The position numbers and the translations under genes are program-made. This document shows positions 57,076 to 64,000 of a stretch of DNA of 64,000 bases, piece after piece (positions within the stretch are counted from its first letter, which is position 1; each line of letters opens with the position of its first letter). Under the pieces are notes generated by a model that did no database searches, was not told where the DNA came from, and saw only the letters and a program-made list of their open reading frames with translations. The DNA comes from Bacteroidota bacterium (lineage in GTDB: Bacteria; Bacteroidota; Bacteroidia; Chitinophagales; Chitinophagaceae): NCBI GenBank assembly GCA_023386235.1, contig JAEWKC010000016.1, positions 26,069 to 90,068 on the forward strand. The letters are read 5' to 3'.

Positions 57076-58347
57076 TTATTCAAACTCATACCCGATATCT
57101 CTTCTGAAATACATGCCTTCAAACGATAATTCAGAAGAAAGAATATCTTTCGATCTTTGGGCAGCTTCGGCAATAGTATCGCCAAAAGAAGTTACGGCTA
57201 CCACTCTTCCGCCATTGGTAAGTATATTTTCGCCATCTGCTTTGGTTCCTGCATGAAAAACAATACTGTCACCTGTATTTTCGGGCAATTGAATTTTTTT
57301 TCCTTTTTCATAATCACCGGGATAGCCTTTGCTTACAGCCACTACGGTAGCTATCGATTTATCGCGAAACGTTACTTCGGTTTTATTAAGTGTGCCTTTC
57401 TCTAAAGTTACAAACATTTCTACCAAATCGTTCTCCAAGCCGGGCATTACCACTTCGGTTTCCGGATCGCCCATGCGCGCGTTGTATTCAATTACGTAAG
57501 GTTCGCCTTCTACATTAATCAACCCGAAAAATACAAATCCTTTATAGGTTATATGCTCATTCGCCAATCCGTCAATAGTAGGTTTTATAATGTTTTCTTC
57601 TACTTTTTGCATAAATGCTTCGTCTGCAAAAGGTACGGGAGTTACGCAGCCCATGCCGCCTGTATTTAATCCGGTATCACCTTCGCCTATACGTTTATAG
57701 TCTTTAGCGTGACCAATAATTTTATAATCTTTACCATCGGTCAATACAAACACACTCACTTCCACACCTGACAGAAACTGCTCAACCACCACTGTAGAAG
57801 ACGCCTCGCCAAACTGTTTATTTACAATCATTGCCTCAAAAGCATCCAGCGCTTCTTGGTGCGTGTTGGCTATTATCACGCCTTTTCCGGCCGCAAGCCC
57901 GTCCGCTTTCAGCACTATCGGCAGCGGATGCAGTTCTATATATTTCTTTCCTATTTCATAATTGTCCTGGGTAAATTCGGCGTAAGCCGCAGTAGGAATA
58001 TCGTTGCGCTTCATGAACTTTTTAGAGAAGGCTTTGCTTCCTTCCAACTGCGCTCCTTTTTCTGAGGGGCCTACCACCTGAATATCCGGAGCATTTTCTT
58101 CAAAAAAATCATATATGCCATTTACCAAAGGATCTTCGGGCCCCACCACAATCAATTTTATATTATGGGCAATACAAAAATCTTTTTGCGCCTGAAAGTT
58201 ATTTACATCTATAGGTTCGTTCGTAGCTATTTGCGCCGTTCCGGCATTGCCCGGCGCTACAAACAATTCCTCGCAAAGCGGGCTTTGTTTTATTTTCCAG
58301 GCAAGCGCGTGCTCTCTTCCACCCGAACCAATAATCAGAATATTCAT
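57076..58347 (-). CDS. purD: phosphoribosylamine--glycine ligase
   Basis: MNILIIGSGGREHALAWK start and an ATP-grasp core (..VIEYNARMGDPE..). Confidence 0.95.
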   Translation of the reverse strand: MNILIIGSGGREHALAWKIKQSPLCEELFVAPGNAGTAQIATNEPIDVNNFQAQKDFCIAHNIKLIVVGPEDPLVNGIYDFFEENAPDIQVVGPSEKGAQLEGSKAFSKKFMKRNDIPTAAYAEFTQDNYEIGKKYIELHPLPIVLKADGLAAGKGVIIANTHQEALDAFEAMIVNKQFGEASSTVVVEQFLSGVEVSVFVLTDGKDYKIIGHAKDYKRIGEGDTGLNTGGMGCVTPVPFADEAFMQKVEENIIKPTIDGLANEHITYKGFVFFGLINVEGEPYVIEYNARMGDPETEVVMPGLENDLVEMFVTLEKGTLNKTEVTFRDKSIATVVAVSKGYPGDYEKGKKIQLPENTGDSIVFHAGTKADGENILTNGGRVVAVTSFGDTIAEAAQRSKDILSSELSFEGMYFRRDIGYEFE

Positions 58348-58561
58348 ATTTACAGTAAAATTGTTGGTTGCGAATTTACTGATGTTTTAGTTTTTTGTCT
58401 AATAAAATGCCTTAAACTGTGTTATTTTAAAAACAGAGCGGCCGTTTTATCAATTATTTTTTACCAAAAAAACTGATTTTATATTACAAACATCAATATT
58501 TAATTAAAATAATGTATTTTGTCGGCTTATTATTTAACATAACCAAGAATGAAAAAAATTT

Positions 58562-60331
58562 ATGCAATACAATAGCAACGACATTTTCAAATCAAAAGTA
58601 TTAGGTCATCCGTCCGGCTTGTTTGTATTATTTTTTACCGAGATGTGGGAAAGATTTTCCTACTATGGTATGCGCGCTTTATTGATTTTGTTTTTAACCG
58701 CTGCTATTACCGGCGAGCATCCCGGCTGGGGCTGGGAAAGAGGCAACGCGCTGGCGTTGTTTGGCTCATACACCGCACTGGTCTATTTATCTACCATGCT
58801 GGGCGGCTACGTCGCAGATAATAAAATAGGATACAGAAAATCTGTGATATTGGGCGCTTTGTTAATGACAATAGGACATGCGTGCATGGCTATTGAAACG
58901 CCGTTCTTTATTTATTCGGGACTTACTTTTTTGGTATTTGGTACAGGATTCTTTAAGCCCAACATGACCTCTATGATAGCTTTAATGTATAAAGACCATC
59001 CAGAAAAGAAAGATGGTGCTTATACTATTTTTTATATGGGCGTAAATGCCGGTGCTTTTTTTGGCATTTTACTTTGTGGTTATTTAGGTGAAAAAGTTGG
59101 TTGGAGTCTTGGCTTTGGACTGGCAGGTATTTTTATGTTGTTTGGATTGTTGCAGTTTTATTTTACACAAAATATTTTTGGTAACATTGGACTGAAACCC
59201 GGAAAGGTAGAAAAAGGCACGGAAGAGCAACAAAAAATTGCAGAAGTAGTAGATACAGACAAGCGGGTGCCATTTGCTAAATGGCAGCTCATTATCATAG
59301 CGCTATGCTGTATTATTGGGCTGGTTTGGATTATCAACGATCCGGTATCGAAAATATCGGGAGGCAGCGTAAACTTTCTCAACTTTTCTATTTTCGGCTT
59401 AGACGGATCTAATTTTACTATATTATTTGGCTTAGCGTTGTTTTTGTTTTTACTTTTTTACAGGCTTAGTAAATACTCACTTGTTACCAAACAGAGATTG
59501 TATACTGTAACCATCTTCGCCACGTTCGTGTTTACGTTTTTTGCCATCTTTGAGCAGGCGCCGGGCATACTCACCATTTTCGCCAAAGACTATACCAACA
59601 GAGTATTGGAAGGCAGTGCAGGCACTATCTTCAAAGTGGTAAACTCGCTTATAGCCATCGTACCTTTAGCTATTATTACCTGGGTGCTGATACTGCTATT
59701 TAAACAAACATTTAAAAAATACGCCATAGGCAATATCATTTTAAGCTTTAGTTTTATTATTGTATGGGGCATCACACTTTGGATGGTTGTAAAGGAGTTT
59801 CAGGCGGAGAGTACCGAAGTGCCCGCATCGTGGTTTAGTGTGCTTAATTCTTTATTCATCATTACACTGGCACCCTTATTTTCTAAAATATGGGAAAGTA
59901 AATACAATCCGCCGGCAACCATTAAGTTTGGTTTTGGATTGATGCTGTTAGGTGTGGGCATGGCTGCACTTGTAGTGGGCGCTAAAAATATTCCGGCGGG
60001 CGCGCAAACCGCGTCGGTAAGCATGATATGGCTGATACTGGTATATTTATTTCATACAATGGCAGAGTTATGCATATCGCCGGTGGGACTTTCTTATGTG
60101 AGCAAACTGGTACCCGCACGCATGATCGCCTTTATGTTTGGCGTATGGTATTTAGCGGTAGCCATTGCCAACAAAGTAGCCGGACTATTGGGCGAAAACG
60201 CGGTAGAAATAGCCGCCAAAGATGGTATTAGCCACTTCTTCTTATTGATAACCATCGCGGCCATAGCCATAGGAGCGGTAGCTATGCTGCTTACTCCTTT
60301 AGTGAAGAAACTGATGCATGGGATAAGGTAA
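58562..60331 (+). CDS. POT/PTR2 family di-/tripeptide:proton symporter (long form)
   Basis: PTR2 signature EMWERFSYYGMRALL and FGTGFFKPN; 589 aa. Confidence 0.85.
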   Translation: MQYNSNDIFKSKVLGHPSGLFVLFFTEMWERFSYYGMRALLILFLTAAITGEHPGWGWERGNALALFGSYTALVYLSTMLGGYVADNKIGYRKSVILGALLMTIGHACMAIETPFFIYSGLTFLVFGTGFFKPNMTSMIALMYKDHPEKKDGAYTIFYMGVNAGAFFGILLCGYLGEKVGWSLGFGLAGIFMLFGLLQFYFTQNIFGNIGLKPGKVEKGTEEQQKIAEVVDTDKRVPFAKWQLIIIALCCIIGLVWIINDPVSKISGGSVNFLNFSIFGLDGSNFTILFGLALFLFLLFYRLSKYSLVTKQRLYTVTIFATFVFTFFAIFEQAPGILTIFAKDYTNRVLEGSAGTIFKVVNSLIAIVPLAIITWVLILLFKQTFKKYAIGNIILSFSFIIVWGITLWMVVKEFQAESTEVPASWFSVLNSLFIITLAPLFSKIWESKYNPPATIKFGFGLMLLGVGMAALVVGAKNIPAGAQTASVSMIWLILVYLFHTMAELCISPVGLSYVSKLVPARMIAFMFGVWYLAVAIANKVAGLLGENAVEIAAKDGISHFFLLITIAAIAIGAVAMLLTPLVKKLMHGIR

Positions 60332-60451
60332 TGTAGAATAATAAAGTTAAGAAGATGATTAATAATTTGAAAAAAAACTCTGTATCTTAGCGCATTGTTA
60401 AAACATTTCAATTTTTTAATTGATATTTCATCATAACTATCTACACATTCA

Positions 60452-61951
60452 ATGGCAGATAAATCGTTTTTTAAATTAGTAAAAACGTTCAAAGGCAATT
60501 TCTGGATTGTCAGTATAATGGAACTGTTTGAACGTTGGGCATGGTACGGAATATTTGCCGTATTAGCTTTATATCTTACCGGCTCTATAGATACGGGCGG
60601 ACTGGGTTTTAGCCAGGTACAAAAAGGACAAATCATGGGTATAGTCACCGCCATACTCTATTTTATGCCTTTAGTGTTAGGGGTAGTCGCCGATAAAATA
60701 GGCTTCAAGATTTCCCTTATTATATCCTTTATAATCTTGGCAATTGGTTATTACCTGATGGGCACAGTTACAAGTTATAGCGGATTTTTTGCCGTATTTC
60801 TTTTTGTGGCTTTTGGTGCGGCTTTCTTTAAACCTGTAGCTTCAGGATCTGTTACCAAATCTACAGATAATCATAATTCTAAATTAGGCTTCGGACTTTT
60901 TTATATGATGGTGAATGTGGGCGGATTCGTTGGCCCTGCCATGTCTTCCTACCTGAGAACAACTTATGGATGGAAGCTTATATTTATTCAGGCTTCCGTT
61001 GTCATCCTTTTAAATTTACTTCTTGTAATATTCTTTTTTAAAGAGCCAAAAGTAGAAAGAAGTAAAGAACCTGTAGGACAGGCAATAAAAAGTGCTTTTA
61101 CCAATGTATGGGAGGCTGTAAAAGATGTAAAGCTTACTGTTTTACTTATTATAATGATCGGGTTCTGGACAATGTTTAATCAACTTTTCTATACGCTTCC
61201 TACTTTTATTGAAGATTGGGTTGACACCGTTAAACTACATGATCAAATAGCTTCCTTTGCTCCTTGGCTTGCTAACTTTATGAGTGGAGGTGGTAATAGT
61301 GTACAACCGGAAATGCTGATTAATATTGATGCCGGTGCCATTGTGCTGTTTCAAATAATGATATCTCTGCTGGTAACCAACATGCGGCATGTAACTGCCA
61401 TGATCCGAGGATTTATCATAGCTATAATAGGTATAGGCCTTACTTTTTATTTTCAGAACGGACTCTTTACCATTGTAGGTATTGTAATATTTGCGATTGG
61501 TGAAATGACCACTAACCCAACATTTTCATCCTTTATTGGCAGCATTTCTCCTAAAGGAAAAGAAGCGCTATACCAAGGTACTTATTTCCTTCCGGTTGCA
61601 GCGGGCAACTTTCTTACTACATTTATATCCGGTAATTTATATCAATCCTGGTCAGACAAGCTTACGCTCTTACAAACCGAAATGTCAGCACGCAATATTG
61701 CCATGCCTGAAATGAACGCGCAATTCTCAAAAAATGATTACTATACTATGGCCGGCGAAAAATTGGGAATGACTCCTCATCAAATAACAGAAATGCTTTG
61801 GAATAACTACCATCCGCATAAAATTGCATACGTAATTGTAGCAATTGGCATTGTAACAGTTCTGGCATTGTACATTTACGACAGAATGGTTATAAAACCA
61901 AAAGAAAAAGTTGAGATACAACCACTTCAGACAAATAAAGATACCTTATAG
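60452..61951 (+). CDS. divergent POT-like MFS transporter
   Basis: Degenerate signature ELFERWAWYGIFAVLALYL and FGAAFFKP; 499 aa. Confidence 0.7.
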   Translation: MADKSFFKLVKTFKGNFWIVSIMELFERWAWYGIFAVLALYLTGSIDTGGLGFSQVQKGQIMGIVTAILYFMPLVLGVVADKIGFKISLIISFIILAIGYYLMGTVTSYSGFFAVFLFVAFGAAFFKPVASGSVTKSTDNHNSKLGFGLFYMMVNVGGFVGPAMSSYLRTTYGWKLIFIQASVVILLNLLLVIFFFKEPKVERSKEPVGQAIKSAFTNVWEAVKDVKLTVLLIIMIGFWTMFNQLFYTLPTFIEDWVDTVKLHDQIASFAPWLANFMSGGGNSVQPEMLINIDAGAIVLFQIMISLLVTNMRHVTAMIRGFIIAIIGIGLTFYFQNGLFTIVGIVIFAIGEMTTNPTFSSFIGSISPKGKEALYQGTYFLPVAAGNFLTTFISGNLYQSWSDKLTLLQTEMSARNIAMPEMNAQFSKNDYYTMAGEKLGMTPHQITEMLWNNYHPHKIAYVIVAIGIVTVLALYIYDRMVIKPKEKVEIQPLQTNKDTL

Positions 61952-61987
61952 TATTAAATCCCTATCATTTAAAAAATTGATCATAGA

Positions 61988-63577
61988 ATGCACAAAGAAG
62001 AAACATTAGAAGAAATTCAGTCTTTTGAAGGCAAATATCCCAAACAGTTGTGGCATTTGTTCTTTTCAGAAATGTGGGAGCGTTTCTGTTTTTACGGAAT
62101 GCGGGGCATGCTTACTTTCTTTATGGTTCATGAGCTGTTCATGAAAGAAGATCAGGCCAACCTGCAATACGGCGCTACACAGGCATTTGTATACGCTTTT
62201 ACTTTCATAGGCGGCTTATTTGCCGATAAAATACTCGGCTTCAGGCGCTCGCTCTTCTGGGGTGGACTGCTGATGATTGCCGGAAGTCTGATACTGGCTA
62301 CCGATCCACACAAGTTTTTCTTTCTGGGCATTAGTGTTACGGTAATAGGCACCGGTTTCTTTAAGCCGAACATCTCTACTATGGTAGGCCAATTGTATAA
62401 AGACGGAGACCCGAGAAGAGACGCGGGCTTTTCTTTGTTTTATACAGGTATTAACCTGGGCGCTTTACTGGGCGGCTATGTATGTGTGGCCGTAGGTAAG
62501 GGCACCTTGCTCGGAGGCGTTATTCCTGAAAACCTGAGATGGAATATAGCTTTTGGATTTGCAGCGGTGGTAATGACTATCAGCCTTATCACTTTTATTT
62601 TTACAAAAAGACATTTAGGAACCATTGGCCTTGCACCGGTAAGAAAGCAAAAAAACAAAGTTGTGGACTATGGCGCTATCGGCAACAACCCCGAACAGAA
62701 TCCTGCTACAATTGTTACAGAACCCATCAAAAACAAAACCGATTGGGCAATGATCGCTGTATACGCAGGATCTTTGCTGGCAGTACCCGTTATCATGAAA
62801 ATGGTAGCAACACCGCAATATACCGATTGGTTTATGTACATCATCGGGCCGGCCACTTTGATCTATCTTTTTTATGAAATGACCAAATGTACCAAAGCCG
62901 AAGTAAAGAAATTATCAGCAGCTTTGATATTCATCATATTCTCTATTGTTTTCTGGGCATTTTTCGAACAAAGCGGTGGCTCGCTTAGCCTGTTTGCCGC
63001 TAACAATCTTAATGATACATTATTGGGATTCATTCCGGCCGACCCTAATGGCGTAAACAATTCTGCCAATGCTTTATTCGTTATCATTTTTGCCTGGATG
63101 TTTGGCCTGGGATGGCTGGCTTTAGCCAAAAAAAATAAAGAGCCCAATACTGTAGTAAAGTTTGGACTGGGATTTTTGTTCCTGGGAGGATCTTTTCTTT
63201 TACTTTTTGCTACGCGTTTCTTCCAGATTGTACCGGGTATCGCAAGCCTTGATATGTTTACGCTTGCTTATCTGGTAATGACATTTGGCGAGCTTTGCTT
63301 ATCGCCGATTGGGCTTTCTACCATGACAAAATTGTCTCCTGCAAGACTTCAGGGTATGATGATGGGTATGTGGTTTTTGGCCAGCGCCTACGGGCAATAT
63401 GTAGCAGGCCTGCTGGGTGCCGGTATGGCCAAAGCCAATGAAGACGCGTCGTTAGTAGAAAAATTACTTACTTATACGGATGGCTACAAACAATTAGGCT
63501 ACTACGCTATTATTGCCGGTGTGCTACTGATTATTATTTCTCCTTTAGTTAAAAAATTAATGCAGGGGGTGAAATAA
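61988..63577 (+). CDS. POT/PTR2 family di-/tripeptide:proton symporter
   Basis: EMWERFCFYGMRGML and GTGFFKPN motifs; 529 aa. Confidence 0.85.
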   Translation: MHKEETLEEIQSFEGKYPKQLWHLFFSEMWERFCFYGMRGMLTFFMVHELFMKEDQANLQYGATQAFVYAFTFIGGLFADKILGFRRSLFWGGLLMIAGSLILATDPHKFFFLGISVTVIGTGFFKPNISTMVGQLYKDGDPRRDAGFSLFYTGINLGALLGGYVCVAVGKGTLLGGVIPENLRWNIAFGFAAVVMTISLITFIFTKRHLGTIGLAPVRKQKNKVVDYGAIGNNPEQNPATIVTEPIKNKTDWAMIAVYAGSLLAVPVIMKMVATPQYTDWFMYIIGPATLIYLFYEMTKCTKAEVKKLSAALIFIIFSIVFWAFFEQSGGSLSLFAANNLNDTLLGFIPADPNGVNNSANALFVIIFAWMFGLGWLALAKKNKEPNTVVKFGLGFLFLGGSFLLLFATRFFQIVPGIASLDMFTLAYLVMTFGELCLSPIGLSTMTKLSPARLQGMMMGMWFLASAYGQYVAGLLGAGMAKANEDASLVEKLLTYTDGYKQLGYYAIIAGVLLIIISPLVKKLMQGVK

Positions 63578-63770
63578 AACTTAAAAGAAGAATTAGTTTT
63601 TTGGAAGCTCACAAGCAAGAAGGCGCGCTCAGATCATCGCCGGAGGCGATATAATTGTTATGTGAAGCGAAGACGCTTTACACAACAAAGAAATCACCTT
63701 AACTTCACACAACAATGAGTCAGCAAGTCAATGACAAGTAATAGTATTCTTGCATTATTTATTGTCTTAA

Positions 63771-64000
63771 CTATTCTGCCAGGTATTCCAATAAAATTAC
63801 ATTGTTGTAGGCAGGGCAAAAATGGTAATACAATAAAGCGTCCATCTTTGTAAATACTTTCTTTATTCCATACGGAAAGTAAGAAGGAATATTACCAATG
63901 AAGTAAGGATAATCGCTTTGTTCTATTTCTTTTTCAATAAATTTATCGTCTTGCAAATGCGCCGCAATTATTTCCTGCTTCAGCCCCGTTTCTACCCCCC
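63771..64000 (-). CDS. hypothetical protein, 5' end outside window
   Basis: The minus-strand frame is open from the window edge (GVETGLKQEIIAAHLQDDKF..) to the TAG at 63771-63773. The tracked start at 63956 is only a TTG inside that frame. No family recognised. Confidence 0.4.
   Translation of the reverse strand, partial: GVETGLKQEIIAAHLQDDKFIEKEIEQSDYPYFIGNIPSYFPYGIKKVFTKMDALLYYHFCPAYNNVILLEYLAE

Noticed and set aside
60094-60654. 186-aa minus-strand ORF bridging POT1 and POT2
   Set aside because: It overlaps the 3' end of one transporter gene and the 5' end of the next on the opposite strand, and its composition reflects antisense hydrophobic codons.
1-64000. Search by eye for rRNA, tRNA, tmRNA, CRISPR arrays, transposases, integrases, toxin-antitoxin pairs or defence-island genes
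   Set aside because: None found. All intergenic regions over 150 nt were read on both strands and contain only promoter-like AT-rich DNA and hairpins. A tRNAscan or Infernal run would be needed for certainty.

Overview
The window is a core chromosomal segment of a Bacteroidota genome. It is AT-rich, several genes have Bacteroidetes-type TAnnTTTG -7 boxes upstream, and gene content looks Chitinophagia/Sphingobacteriia-like, though I cannot prove the taxon from sequence alone. I call about 60 densely packed protein genes. In order they are: murF (5' truncated), kbl, purA, a small hyper-charged ORF, a 2030-aa alpha-2-macroglobulin, a MurF-like/alanine-racemase fusion, a TRIC-type channel, an S9 peptidase, rsmA, ruvC, a tonB-exbD-exbD-exbB cluster, feoB, an IPExxxVDY-like ORF, a GNAT gene, acpP-fabF-rnc, a secreted EEP nuclease divergent from an outer-membrane barrel plus lipoprotein pair, a DUF2891-like gene, the complete S10-spc ribosomal protein cluster (rpsJ through secY, minus strand), a small membrane ORF, DUF502, SDR, corA, rodA-mrdA-mreD-mreC-mreB, an orphan secreted protein, purD, and three tandem POT-family peptide transporters. 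I saw no rRNA, tRNA, CRISPR array, transposase, integrase or prophage signature. Most of the window is ordinary housekeeping DNA. The items most worth a second look are four. First, the nuclease / OM-barrel / repeat-module lipoprotein locus (26.7-32.7 kb) is a candidate extracellular nucleic-acid capture system. Second, the 150-aa Lys/Asp block protein carries SSB-tail-like acidic-aromatic motifs. Third, there are unusually long structured spacers inside the ribosomal protein cluster (rpsJ-rplC about 300 nt, rplO-secY about 260 nt). Fourth, ribosomal protein uS3 carries an RGG/DRR repeat tail. All product calls come from reading the translations by eye; no database search was run.
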